DNA of 64,000 nucleotides, taken from Paraspadella gotoi. Taxonomy: Eukaryota > Animalia > Chaetognatha. Shown here in pieces: positions 1 through 29,110 of the stretch. Every line of letters starts with the position of its first letter. The first letter of the stretch is position 1. The stretch lies in contig CM119269.1 of the NCBI GenBank assembly GCA_051294375.1, forward strand, positions 2,956,026-3,020,025, written 5' to 3'. A model generated the notes under the pieces. It saw nothing but the letters and a program-made list of their open reading frames with translations. It was not told the DNA's origin and ran no database searches. A program made the translations under genes and the position numbers.

Positions 1-158
1 ATCGGGGGAGGGGGAGGATAATGGATAAAAAATGCATTATGAAGGAGAAATTAAAACAGTTAATCATATTTGCTGATGATGGGAAAGAATGTCAGACTTT
101 CTTTCTTTTTCTCTAAAGAAAAAAAGAAAACAGAAAAAAAAAGAAAAAAAAAGAAATA

Positions 159-209
<51 letters not shown>

Positions 210-593
210 CAAAAAGCAAAAGAAAAAACTCCAGAACTTCTGGCAGAAGGAAAGAATTCCCAAGAAACTAGAAACTAGAGATAATCATCAAGACAGATTT
301 CAAGCGTGGGATGAAGAAGTTATGGGGTCGGCTAAATCTCGCCCCGGCCGCCGGCCTTGGATCCTAAGATGGGGGAGTGAGATTTCGTCTTAATTTTTCC
401 CCGCATCATGGACAATCAGTAGAAAGATCACCAACGAGGATGCTTTCTCGCACGAAATGTGTGGTAGTTAATGAAGCAAAAGGGGGGGGGGGAAGAAGTT
501 TCTTCTCTCGCGATCGAAGAGCGGAAGAGAGGCCGGCCGTTCGCGGACGCCCACTACCCGCCCTTACGCCCCCCTCATTCGAAAGCTTCGCCG

Positions 594-600
594 TATAAAA
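594..600 (+). promoter_or_regulatory. TATA box of the actin gene
   Basis: TATAAAA preceded by a GC-rich stretch, 116 bp upstream of the actin ATG at 716. Confidence 0.55.
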
Positions 601-715
601 GGCGAGAAGTAAACGCCCCGGGTTCACACCCAGCGGACCCGCGACCGAAAAAGAATTCGCCGCCGAAATCTTATTTTCGTTTTGAGTTTTCACCGTCACA
701 GCGAAACCGAGAAAA

Positions 716-2386
<1,671 letters not shown>

Positions 2387-2901
2387 ACGCCCAAAGCAAC
2401 GAAAGAAAATTATGAAGCTTTGGTTTTGTTGAATGAAATAAAAATTACGACAAATCTACAGTACAGCAACCAACCGATCCACAAAACGTTGACACAATGT
2501 ATTTCCATTACGATAGCTTCAAAGCAACACTATCATTAGTTATGCTATAAAAATTGAAGTTTGATAGAAATAACGCAACTATGATCACCTTGTATTTTAA
2601 AAAAAATATAATCATTCATTCATTCATCCATTAATTTACTGCAACGCTAATATTGTTATGACATTCCTTGTACTGGTGCAACAAATCTGAGATTGGTAAA
2701 TAAATAATAAATTCTTTCAAGCAAATTAAACGTCATTTTTTATTCTGGTTCATAAAAGCCATCAAACTATGCACGAAAAGCTGAAAATTCTAATTAAATG
2801 ATAGATAAATAATAAATTCTAATTAAATACGTAATAAGAACATAAATATTCAAAAAAAATAGTAGACTTATTCTGAATTTTAAGAAGCATGAATAAATAG
2901 T

Positions 2902-5232
2902 TTACCTGAGTGAGTAAGGACTGACGTAAGGTTGATGCTGCATTGCGGCCTGCCAAGCGGGATGCAGCATCGGTGACACTAATTGCGGCGAGGTGATTTG
3001 CGGAAAGTTGGAGAAGGTGGGAACCAGAGCGTAACCGGGCGGAGGCTGATATCCTTCTAAGGAAGGCTGCTGCGCTTGCTGCGGAGGAAGATGATGATGC
3101 GATGTACGACGCGTCGGGGATTTCTCTTCCCTTGGTCTTCCGCGCGAGTTTCGAGATTCGAAGTTTCCGTCCGACGGCGAAGAAGGCGGCGAACCCGTTC
3201 TTCTTCTTCTCTCTTGATGATTGACAAAAGAAAAGAACTCGTTTATGTTTAAATTATAAGCGAAGGCACGCAATGCGCGATCACCTCTCTCTCTGTCGCT
3301 GTTCAACCTCATCGACGGAAATCGCTGGTCATCGTCGTCTTCCGCGCGACGCCGCAGCCGCTGCTCCGCAATCTGCCGCTCCAACTCTTTTCTAAAAAAC
3401 GGAAAAATAACTAATTTGATAAAATCACATGATAACCTTAAATTTTCCCAGTGACCAATTTGACCACTTTTTTTCCACTCTCACCGATACTCCTCTTTTT
3501 TCCGAAAGTCGGCGCTTCTCGTGTCTCGCTCGCCGATGAGGGGCAGACGAGACACAGAGACTTCTGGCTCGAAGAAGCCGTTGGGGGCGCTTTGGGATCG
3601 GAGCCGCTCTCTTTCGCGCCTGAAACAAAGTCAAAAGCGAAATTCAAATAATTCGAGTTGAAAAATTTGTGTCCAGAGGAAACGAAAAAAAAAACAAACC
3701 TGAGATGATCGATGTCGTCGTCGTCCCAAAGACGATCCTCTTTGGCGACTCTATGTCTGTCTTCCTCGCGACGATTCTGGTAAATAATTAAATATGAAAA
3801 TTAACCGAAAAAACGTAACGAAGATAGGGTCCTGAAATGGTGCTTCCCACTTACTTTCCATCGCCTTTTGCTCTCTTCCACAATGCCGTTGGCGTCTTTC
3901 CAGGCCGATTTCACGGCGGTTCCATCAACGACGTCGTCGTCTTCAATGTCAGCGTCGTTTCTCCGACTCTTGACTTGAGATCCGGGACTTCTGATCCAAT
4001 CGGGATAATATAATATTCATAAAATTTAGCTACTTGTATTTTGATGCAAGTGCGGAGAATAATATGAATATAGTATTCCCCGATCTAATGTTTAAGAGAG
4101 TGGTCTGTTCATAGAATTGAAACATTCTTTGAAATATTACACCACTTCATTGATGGGGAAGCCAGGTACCCTGGGAGTGAATAAACGAGACTGTGAGAGA
4201 GTCTTGAGTGAAAGGGACCTGCTGTGTCATTATCTTGTAAGAGTGATGGAGGCCTTAAACCACCAAAGCCTGCCCAAAGTCACGGGCAAGATAGCTTATT
4301 TATTAAATGAATGGTTTAAAAAAGAATTAAAAAAAATAAGTCTAAACAAAAGGTTGATATAGATTCGAACCTGTCGCGACGATGTCCGCCACTATTGTCG
4401 GGAAATCTTTTTTTACTCCTCCCCAGATTTCCACCATCATCTTCATTATCTTCTCTTCCTTCTCTTCCACTTCCCCGCTCGTTTCGCCCCAACATCAGAT
4501 TCAGTTTCTGACTATCGGTGACGTTGTTCTTCGGCGCCGATTTCGCCGCCATGATGTCGTTATACTCGCGGCGCCGCTGCTCCTGGAGCCGGCGTGAAAT
4601 CTCCGCGTGGGCGCCGAGTTTGGCGAAGAGGCCACCGCCTTCGAAGGCCGCGTCCGGGGTGTTCGGTCGCATCCGGCGAGACTTAAGAGGTTTAAATAAA
4701 TAAATAAAATATTGAAGAGACAGAAATAATTGTTACACGAGTTAATGACAGAATCGTTCATTATAAGTAGTCCCTGAGCTTCGGACCAGACTGCAACACC
4801 GTGTTACTGGCGTGGTAACGCCCCGTCCCTCTAAACTGTTAAGCGACCACCGGGGTAGAACCCATGACCTTTGGGTTGGTAGGCGAATGACATGCCTCCT
4901 GCGACAATGGCCGCTGATTAACGATTGTTGGATTTTTATAATATCTATGATACATATGAACGTATGATACATATATGATACATATATGATACATACGTAC
5001 ATATGAATATAAACTCGGCTTACGTTTGGTGACAGGTTTTTTCATTCATTCATTTTATCTCATTGAGTAATATCCACTAAACAAATGAACAACTCACCCG
5101 CAGAGGGAAGCGTTTCGGTCTCTCCGAAATGGACGGAAATTTATCCGTCGACGCGAAATCCAATGAAGGAGTGTCTGCCGAGGAGGAAGCGAAAAAAAAG
5201 AATAAACGAAAAAATGAGGAAAAAGGAAGAGA

Positions 5233-5284
<52 letters not shown>

Positions 5285-5798
5285 ATTTCCCCGAAGTGGA
5301 AACGAGATTTTGCAAAGCTCTAAAATATCGATTTGAAATCCCCAGTGGCGCAGAACCGGAGGTGGAGGAAAGGGATGGCAGAAAAAACGGCGGAAGAGCG
5401 AATGAGAAACTTGCGTGATAAATACCGCATTTAGTCGTCTTAACAACCAAGATCTTAACGGATAATTCTCATAAAATATGACCTTAGGCGAAGGCTGAGC
5501 CTTAGCGAAGGTATGATAATACAAAAATTAAAATTTTTTAAAGATCTTTTAAATTTTTTTAAAAAAATTTCAAATCAAAATTTCCCAGAAATTTGTTTAT
5601 AAAAAATGAACTACAAGACTTAGACAATAATCTAAAGTAATTCTAATTTATATATATAATACTAAATTAAATTAACTGACCTTCGATCCCCTTCCTTTCG
5701 TCGTCGATGAGACGCTTTTGCTCTTGAATAAAATCTTCTACTTCGACGCGAGATTCGCGACGCCGCTGGGACGGCGCCGCCGCCTCGCTCGAGGTCAT
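2902..5798 (-). CDS. CSPP1: CSPP1-like centrosome/cilium protein, about 423 aa as modelled; 3' end uncertain
   Basis: Exons 5798-5681, 5174-5098, 4681-4371, 3990-3855, 3776-3700, 3619-3485, 3391-3285, 3212-2902 have consistent phases. VEDFIQEQKRLIDDERK resembles the CSPP1 N-terminus (LDEFIEEQKARLAEDK); LGAHAEISRRLQEQRRREYN and RKKEEYRKELERQIAEQR resemble CSPP1 coiled-coil motifs (recalled). Confidence 0.75.
4034..4314 (+). repeat. Interspersed repeat family A, copy 1 (~280 bp)
   Basis: Aligns by eye in reverse complement to 11419-11698, and partly to 24711-24885. Confidence 0.85.
4725..4935 (-). mobile_element. tRNA-derived SINE family B, copy 1
   Basis: Diverged reverse complement of 29111-29330; lies in a CSPP1-like intron. 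Confidence 0.7.
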
Positions 5799-6159
5799 TA
5801 ACACAGGTTCGTCGATGTCGCGAACAGATTCTTGACAGTATCAACGCGTCCCTGAAGCCATTTGATTCGAAGGCACTTTCGGTTAGCGAACAATTCCGGA
5901 TCAGTCTTTCAAACGCAAATTTTTTTTCTTCTTTCCGTCCTACAACGTTACGCAAATGAAAACATGCTCTTTTCTGTAGAGATCACTCTTTATTTCTTAC
6001 AGACTCAGGAAACAATGAAAAGAAATACTACTACTGCATACATACACAGATTTCTAAAAACATTCCTACAACCAATATCGTTGAGTTTTTTAATGATGTG
6101 TATAAATAAAAGAGATGACTAGTTTTTTTCCTTTTTTTTTTCTTCTATACAATCGGGGA

Positions 6160-8631
6160 TCACAGGGTGAACTCTTCCAACTCTTCGTCCTGATCGAAGA
6201 AGAGGCCGACGTTTCCTTGACTCTTGAATTTGTTCATCGCCGGCTGCGGCTTAACGATCTCCGGTCTCCCGAACGCGTCTTCAAAGTCCCTGGCGGCGCC
6301 GAATCCCCTGTTCCGACGGCCAAAGACTTCCTCGGCGTCCTCGAAGGTCACGTTGGCGGTCAAAAAGTTCGGAGCGGCGGGACTGCCCGAGTTGGTCGGC
6401 GCATCATCATCCCAAGGAAATAGAGAGCGCTTCTTGTCGCCGCCCCCCGTCGTCGTAGTTGTCGTTGTAGCCGCCTGACGCCCGTATTCTTGGCGCCCCT
6501 GCGACGTCGGAAAGGACGTTTCCGTCTCCCAAGGAAAAGAGGCCTTGGGCGGCGTCGCTGGTCCGCTTTGATGTCGTCCCGGCGTCCCGAAATCCGATCC
6601 GGCGTTGATCTTGTTGGTCGAGGGCGCGTCCTCGAACCCGCCAAAAGACGGCGCGTATCCACCACCATCGCCGAAAAGATCGTTCAAAAGGTTCTTCTTC
6701 CGAGAGACCGAGTTGGGACTCCCTCTCTCGGTTTTCGAGGCCTCAGTCGTCCGAAAGGGTTTGGCGGGACCGAAGAGACCACCGTTGCCGAACTCCTCGC
6801 CCTCGTCGCTTCCCCGTCCGCCGTTGACGACCTCGTCACGGCCCCGGGATCCGCGGTCCTCCGCGAAGGGACCGCCCGAGAAGGGCCCGTCAAAGGCGGA
6901 AGGTCCGAAGGTGAGGCCGGCCACTGGTTGACTTCTCTCCGTCTCGCTTTTCTTTTTTTTCTCCAGATCCATTGAGAGGATGGACGACGGGATCTCAGGC
7001 TTTTCGCGAAGGACTCGCTCGTAGGTGGTATTACCGTCGTCTATGTCTCTCATCTTTCGCAGTAACTGGCGGCGTTTCTCCTCCATTGCTTCGTCCGTCA
7101 TCGACGCCTTCCTCTTCTCTTCATCCTCTTCCTCCGCTCGTTTTTTCGCCTCCTCTTCGGCCTGGCGACGGTGGGCTTCCTCCTCTTTTCTTCTTTTCTC
7201 TTCTTCTTCCTCTTTTCTCTTCTTCTCCTCCTCCTGCCTCTCCCTTTCCGCCCTCTCGCGCATCTCCAATTCGAAGGACATTTTCTTCTCTTTCTCCTCT
7301 TCAAACTTTTTCAGCAGGGCTTCCTCTTCTCTCTCTTTTTTATCCTCCTGTTCTTTTCTCTCCTTTTCCTCTCTCTCCCTCCTCTCTTCATCCTCCCTAC
7401 TTTTCTCCATCTCCTCCTCCTCCCTTCGCTTTCTCTCCTCGTCGTCTTTCTTTTCCTCTCCTTCTTCTCTTCTCCTCAGGGGACTCCGCTCCGACTTGAC
7501 CCTCCGCCGCTGTTCGACCTGCTTCTGCCTGGAGGCTGCCCTCGAAGCGGCTCTGGAGGCCAGAGAAGTCGAAGAGGCGCCGGCCGCGAGGCGATTGGCC
7601 GGCTTGCGGTTGCTGTAAATGTTGGTGATGTCCAAAATTCTTTCTTGCTCTTTGCACTGAATCTTCAACGCGTCTAACTCGGTGGTGACTCTGACCAAGT
7701 TCTTGGATGTTTCCAAATGCTTGGCCCTCTCAACGTTGACCTGTCGGTTGAGATTCTTCTGAAGGTTCTCCGCGTAGCGCTGGAGTGAGTTGGTCTTTTC
7801 CTGCGACTCCGCCAGCCTCTTCTCGACATCCTCCAGGCGTCGGCGGTAGACGTCCCTGTCGAGCAGCTGTTTGTCCGCGGAGAGACTCGTCAACTTTTTC
7901 AGTTGCGAATTCTTTTCGTTGGATTCTGTCTCCAAGTAGGCGGTTCTTCTCTCCGACCGGTCCAGCTGGTCCCTCAACTTCTTGATTTGATCCTTGAGGG
8001 AATTGACCTCCTTGGAGTGTTGGGTCACGAGACGCGGCAGCTCGCTCTCTTTATCTTCGAACTTTTCCAGCGCCTTCTCCTGTTTGACTTGGGTTCGCTT
8101 CAGGATCCTGTTCTCCTCCCTCAGTTCACGCAGCTGGACGATCATTTCCTCGTTCTCGTTCTTCAGGTCGTTCATCTTGAGGCGACGGGCGGAGAGGAGA
8201 CGTTGAATGGCGGCCTTCTCCGTCGCGTCGGGTCCTTTGGCGGCGGCCAGGGACGTCTTGTGCGAAGCCTGGGCCGCCTTCAGCCGCGTCATGGGGTGCG
8301 TGGGGCGGGTGGGGTTGTTGGCCTGCGGAGGAGCTCGAGATCGGCGGCTTCCGCCGCCCGCGCCGGTTGCACCCTCGCCGCCTTTCATCCTGGGCGTCTT
8401 CACTTTGTGGGGGACGGAGTCGGCTTGCTTTGGAGCTTCGTCTTCGCTGAAGTCGTCGGAATAGTCGGAATCGTCATCGTCGTAATCGTCGTCATCGGTT
8501 TCTTCCGAATTGTATTTGTTGAGCGACTTATTGCTTCCTTGGACAAAACTCTTTTTCATGCTAAGCGAGGAATCTTTAATCGTGTTCTTTGTGAAGGAAA
8601 ACTCGGCCTGTGACAGGACGGCGGTCGTCAT
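6160..8631 (-). CDS. LCA5: Lebercilin (LCA5/LCA5L family), 823 aa, single coding exon
   Basis: Uninterrupted ORF from ATG 8631 (MTTAVLSQ). Lebercilin domain QRLLSARRLKMNDLKNE...QEKALEKFEDKESELPRLVTQHSKEVNSLKDQ; IYSNR motif; acidic C-terminus DEELEEFTL. Confidence 0.92.
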   Translation of the reverse strand: MTTAVLSQAEFSFTKNTIKDSSLSMKKSFVQGSNKSLNKYNSEETDDDDYDDDDSDYSDDFSEDEAPKQADSVPHKVKTPRMKGGEGATGAGGGSRRSRAPPQANNPTRPTHPMTRLKAAQASHKTSLAAAKGPDATEKAAIQRLLSARRLKMNDLKNENEEMIVQLRELREENRILKRTQVKQEKALEKFEDKESELPRLVTQHSKEVNSLKDQIKKLRDQLDRSERRTAYLETESNEKNSQLKKLTSLSADKQLLDRDVYRRRLEDVEKRLAESQEKTNSLQRYAENLQKNLNRQVNVERAKHLETSKNLVRVTTELDALKIQCKEQERILDITNIYSNRKPANRLAAGASSTSLASRAASRAASRQKQVEQRRRVKSERSPLRRREEGEEKKDDEERKRREEEEMEKSREDEERREREEKERKEQEDKKEREEEALLKKFEEEKEKKMSFELEMRERAERERQEEEKKRKEEEEEKRRKEEEAHRRQAEEEAKKRAEEEDEEKRKASMTDEAMEEKRRQLLRKMRDIDDGNTTYERVLREKPEIPSSILSMDLEKKKKSETERSQPVAGLTFGPSAFDGPFSGGPFAEDRGSRGRDEVVNGGRGSDEGEEFGNGGLFGPAKPFRTTEASKTERGSPNSVSRKKNLLNDLFGDGGGYAPSFGGFEDAPSTNKINAGSDFGTPGRHQSGPATPPKASFPWETETSFPTSQGRQEYGRQAATTTTTTTGGGDKKRSLFPWDDDAPTNSGSPAAPNFLTANVTFEDAEEVFGRRNRGFGAARDFEDAFGRPEIVKPQPAMNKFKSQGNVGLFFDQDEELEEFTL

Positions 8632-8893
8632 GGCAAAGGAGGGAGAAGACAGTCGAATTTTTTTTTTTTTTTTATCCTCCGTGATCGATACAAGTTTTTT
8701 AAATTTTGAAAAACAATTTATCCGATATAAAAACAAAATAAGGAGGTTTGAATCTTTGGAGTCGGTTTGTTTTTCATAAAATCTAATAAAGACGCTCTGA
8801 CTCAGAGACTCTGAGGCAGATATAATGCGAAAAATTATTGTTTTTTGGATTGTCTTTATTGCATAGCCTTAAGAGTTGATGACAGTTGATGCG

Positions 8894-8907
8894 GTTGCTA
8901 TGGCGAT
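8894..8907 (-). promoter_or_regulatory. RFX X-box upstream of LCA5
   Basis: ATCGCCATAGCAAC on the minus strand matches the X-box consensus RTHNYY-WT-RRNRAC at all 14 positions, ~260 bp upstream of the ATG of a ciliary gene. Confidence 0.75.
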
Positions 8908-9213
8908 TAAAGTCGCCACAACACTAAGGCTTTTGTTCGGAAAAAAAAACTTTGGTTGGAGAAGAGCGACACGAGACTGGTGCGGTAAAACAAAATACTA
9001 ATTACAAGAAAAATATGGTTTTAAATATAAAATGTCGAAAATTATTTGTCGTCGCTTAATTTATAATTTATCATAAAAGTATAACAATAACAAATCATAC
9101 ATAACTTAACGGTCGATATTTGATTTTTCAATATTTGATATTTCAATAAATTACCTCCAAACAAGAAAGATGATTATTATCTAATTAGAAACATCGAGCA
9201 GAAAATATTTATA

Positions 9214-9345
9214 ATCTCGTATTGTGTAGATGTTTTATCGATTTCCAGAAGACAACACTAACATCCCTCTCCCCTTAACAATTACAATTTACAATTTTTC
9301 CCAAATTTAGTTTAATAGAGTAAAACAAGTAATTTTGCAATTTTT
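9214..9345 (+). repeat. Interspersed repeat family E fragment
   Basis: Shares TAGATG...ATTTCCAGAAGACAACACT and AAACAAGTAATTT with 38616-38823. Confidence 0.55.
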
Positions 9346-11124
9346 ATAAACAGAAGCAATGGTGCACATATTATTCTACAAACAAATCCGTGTTTTTTGA
9401 AGTTACGTGATTATTTTTAATATTAACGAACTATCTAGAAAAAATGGATTAGTTCCAGAACCGGCACGGAAGACTAAGTCTATCACAGTAAAAGAATGAA
9501 AGCTAAGTCCGAATACAAACTTTAATGTCGAATATAAAAATTTTAACTCAGAAAATCAGTTAGACCTGACCTAATAAAATCGTCCAGCAGAATGATTGCT
9601 ATGAGCAACAAAAAAAAAAAAAAAACTTTTTTGTCTCCTCTGGAAGAGCTTCTTCTTGACGCAGCCGAGTTATAAGGCGCGCCGAATCAAGGCTTAATTA
9701 CAGCTATTGTGACTAATTTAAAAACAATTTTTTAACATCGAAAACTTAGTATTTCGTTACTACAACCGGAACAAAATCGTGAATCGAAGTTCTTGGTAAG
9801 GAACCAGTGGGAGCAGCAAAACACCCGCGGCGGAGGCGACAGCAGCGGCTGCAGCGTTTTCACTTCGCCGGGCAGAAGTAACGACGCAGCTTCGTACTCC
9901 CTGTGGCGGCGGTGAAGTCGACCAGGACGACGACGACGAAATCGACGGAGAACTCGGCGATTCCCGACTTTTCCTTAAACATTTATAATCTCTTTTGAAT
10001 TGGAATGTGTTTAATGCGAAATAATTCCAATCTGTTTTTTTCATTTTCTCGGTCGTTTGTTTAACTTCTGTGAAGTTTTAAGGAAACTCAGAAAACAACT
10101 AAAAAAAATGAAAATCGTAAAAAAGATAATTCGTAAATTATATGCTTTTTTAAAGGCAGCTATCGTTTGTCGTTTTTAAAATTATGGCAATAATATCTGT
10201 AAAAATTTAACTTTCTAAGTAACGGTTAATCATAATTAAAACTAAATAATTCTTAGATAATAGAAGGTATATTTTGCGGTTGATTTTATTATTTTCACCG
10301 TAATGCGGGCTTAACCTAACGATTATATTTTAGATATGAATGCAGATTTTTCTCTCGGCACTTTGAACTGAAAATTTTATCGGTATCGCAATAAAATATT
10401 TTTTTGACAATCAACTCAACACTTGATAAAGCTCGGTTTATTCCGCTTCGAGAAATTAAAGTCGAATGTCAGGACGTTAATTAAATTTACTTCATTACAG
10501 GAAAAACGTCATCGGTCAACACCCTCCTTTCGTGGAATTCTAACTTTCGTGAGTAATGATTTGGAAAATATTTAGGATTATAATGGTTATACTTTTGTTT
10601 ACAGTATGTATGTGTAATGTTTATGATTATCGTATAGTTTTTCTAAGGTGATTAAACTTTTTTTTTCAATCTTCTGATGCGGTGAGAATAAAAAACCTAT
10701 AAAGAATTTTCTTTTTTTTGTTATAACGCTGACATTTCAGCTCACAGACGCACAACAACAACTTCAGCAAAAGTTCGTATGATGAAATTTATGCTTAGGA
10801 AAAACTTTTTTTTTTTAAATTTGATCGAATCAGCAATCAGCATGTGACTGTGTTACTAACTATCCTTTGCTATTAAGCATGCTTGTCTCTACATCATTTC
10901 TCCTCCGTACAAAGAAGTTGCGGAAAGGAGATCAAGCTAGCCATTTTTCGTTTTGTAATTTTTTCTACCCCTTTTTTAAAACTTTTTTTCTGTTTTTCTT
11001 GCGAGCCCCCCCCCCTTTCGGAAATGTGAGAAAATTTGACCATATCGATCGACGTCGGCGATTCGTCACTAAACCCGTCGTAATTTTTACATTTCTTCCT
11101 TCGCGCGAAGTGGGCGACGACGCG

Positions 11125-12451
11125 ATGGCGGACAAGCGAGCGGAAAAGAGTGGATTTGCGGCAGAGATGCAAGACAAAGTGTTGGCGAAATACTGCGAGG
11201 AAGACGCCGCCAGAGTGTTGGCGTGGATATCCAGCCACATTGGAGAGTCGTTCGACTGCTCCGGTTCGTTTTACAATTTTTTTTAAAATTTACATCAATG
11301 TTTACACCATGGCCAATGGCCATGCTCACGTTTCAGCCTCTGTAATTTTCAGTAAATCGCGGCGACTAGTTTTCTCATGTTTACTTTATGAAATTGGTAC
11401 AACCAATATAAAAATTATCCATTCATTTAATAAATAAGCTATCTTGCCCCTGACTTTGGACAGGCTTTGGTGGTTTAAGGCCTCCATCACTCTTACAAGA
11501 TAATTACATAGCAGGTCCCTGCAAGCTTTCAATCAAGACTCTCTCACAGTCCCGTTTATTCACTCCCAGAGTACCTGGCTTCTCTATCAATGAAGTGGAA
11601 AATATTTCAAAGAATGTTTCAATTGTATGAAAAGACCACTCCCTTAAGTATTAGATCGGGGAATACTTATTGTACTCCGCACTAGCATCAAAATACAATT
11701 ATGTAATTTAAGAAAGAAGTATTACATTGTTGCATGCATTCTTTCAATTTTTTATCAAATCCTTCATCAATTCATTCAATTAGGCTAGAATTTAATAAAG
11801 TATGAAAGGTTCCTTTTAAATTAACATCCACCTCAGGTTCCATGGACAACTTCCAAGCGCAGCTCCAAGACGGTCAGCGCCTCTGCAAACTCATGAACGC
11901 CCTCAAAGCGGGCGCCATAAAAAGGATCAACGGTGGGAAGCTCGTCTTCAAGTGGATGGAAAACATCAACAACTTCAACGTCGCCTGCAAGGAATTCGGG
12001 GTTCCCGAGATGGAGACCTTCCAAGCTGTCGATCTCATTGAAAGGGTGAGTGATGTGAAAGGCGAATGCTGAATTATTAAGGTTTCAAACGCAACTGTCC
12101 ATTTAAAGAAAAAGTTTCATCAATGACTGAACGTTTTCAGGTGAACCTCCACCAAGTCGTCTTGTGCTGCAATGCCTTGGCGCGAAAGGCGCAGGCAGCG
12201 GGTTTGAGAGGCTTCGGACCCAAAGAGGCCGTCCAGAACACCAGGGATTTCTCGGATGAACAGCGAAAGGTTTGATCGGAAAACAGCGATTCCTTGCTTT
12301 GCGGTTTAAAATTTTAAAGTAGAACACTAATTGATTTTCAAATGCAAACTTAAAACTACAGGCTGGTCAAAGCGTCATCGGGCTTCAGATGGGTTCGAAC
12401 CAGGGAGCCACGCAAAGCGGACAAAACTTTGGCAATTTCCGTCACATGTGA
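11125..12451 (+). CDS. Transgelin/myophilin/Mp20-like protein (calponin-homology domain plus calponin repeat)
   Basis: Exons 11125-11263, 11837-12045, 12141-12269, 12362-12451 give MADKRAEKSGFAAEMQDK...LQDGQRLCKLMN...FQAVDL...GPKE...IGLQMGSNQGATQSGQNFGNFRHM*. Candidate non-coding 5' exons at 10501-10548 and 10741-10777. Confidence 0.95.
11419..11698 (-). repeat. Interspersed repeat family A, copy 2
   Basis: Inverted copy of 4034-4314 in the first coding-region intron of the transgelin gene. Confidence 0.85.
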
Positions 12452-12830
12452 TCGACGACCGACTTGTCGGTGTCACTCGATATCTTTGTCGGCGTCATGG
12501 CGCTGTCGAAGAGACAACCATCTTCCCTTGAATCGCTTTTAAATGCCTTTTGGCTTTTTTTTTACTAGTCCGTCGTATTCGAAAAATTCAATCTATCACT
12601 TTCTGTAAATCGGAGGCGTTTATGAATATAACTTATATTTTGTTACTTTCACATCTTGTTTGGATTTATAAATACGTTGATGGGCTGTCGGAAAGTAGTA
12701 AGATAAAGTCGCCAAATTTACGATGAAAAAGAAAATGTATTAGAAAGAAGACGACATAAATACAAATATGAGACGATTGAAAGGTTTTATAACAGTAGTT
12801 ACAATAAAGATTAAGTTTAAAAAAAAACTA

Positions 12831-28293
<15,463 letters not shown>

Positions 28294-29110
28294 TACAGAG
28301 TTTTCTTTACTTCTGGTGGTGATTCTGAAAGTATTTGTGGCGGTGATTCTTGGTGTGATTGTGAGTACGGAGAGTAAACTTCGGTGAAAAACGATAAAAC
28401 ATTCGCCCGCTGTGATACGGGGACGGGGCCTTTCGGAGAAAAAAAATGGCGATGAAAAAATTCGCACGATGATTGTCGAATCTCGGAAGAAAAAATGTTG
28501 AGACCCTTTGGGTTACAAGACTTTCCGCTTTAAATCGAAGATCGATTTCTAATTACGAGCATCGTCGTCACCATCGTCGTCATAATCGTCGTCGTCGTAG
28601 TCAGGGTCATAAAAAAAAGTTCAGATTCCATTCGAAATTAAAAAGCGACTCCGTTTACGATCGTTTGATCGATTTTGACGAATCGAAACAAAAATTGGAT
28701 TCAATTAAATAATCCGTGGCGTGGAGCTTGCAAATAGCACCCTTGTTTGTGGTCAAATAGCGTATTTAGTATTTGAAGATTTCAATTTGATAAAAGTGAC
28801 AATTACCGAAACGGTTCCAGTTTCTCTCAACCGCGAACGCCTGTTCGGATTGTTTCCCATGCGACCACCTACCCGCAAGCTCCATTTCCGGGGGTTTAAA
28901 GATAAACTCCTTTCGAATGTTTGTTTGGTGAAAGCGAAAGAATGACTGTGATGGAGAATCACGGATCAACAAAAATAGAGTTTCTGAAGTGAAAATAATT
29001 GAGAAGCAGTAGTTTGTGAAGAAACAGTCTTGTATTGTTATCTTTTTTATAAAGCATTAACAATGAATACTTTTTTTATTAATTATGTATCTATACTATT
29101 GTGGTGGACT

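Noticed and set aside
60-271. K/E/R-rich and F/L/S-rich ORFs here and at 5085-5336, 16404-16772, 25046-25665, 43105-43606, 43961-44218, 46866-47195, 62119-62502
   Set aside because: They are translations of (GA)n, (GAAA)n and related microsatellites, with no domain or splice support.
6224-8613. Long plus-strand ORFs opposite LCA5
   Set aside because: Antisense shadows of a GC-rich, low-complexity coding exon.
8632-8736. 35-aa N-terminal extension of LCA5 in the ORF track
   Set aside because: Starts at a non-ATG codon and crosses an A-run; GCCATG at 8631 is the plausible start.
9760-10044. GC-rich ORF between LCA5 and transgelin
   Set aside because: No recognisable product; more likely promoter or 5' UTR/intron sequence of transgelin.
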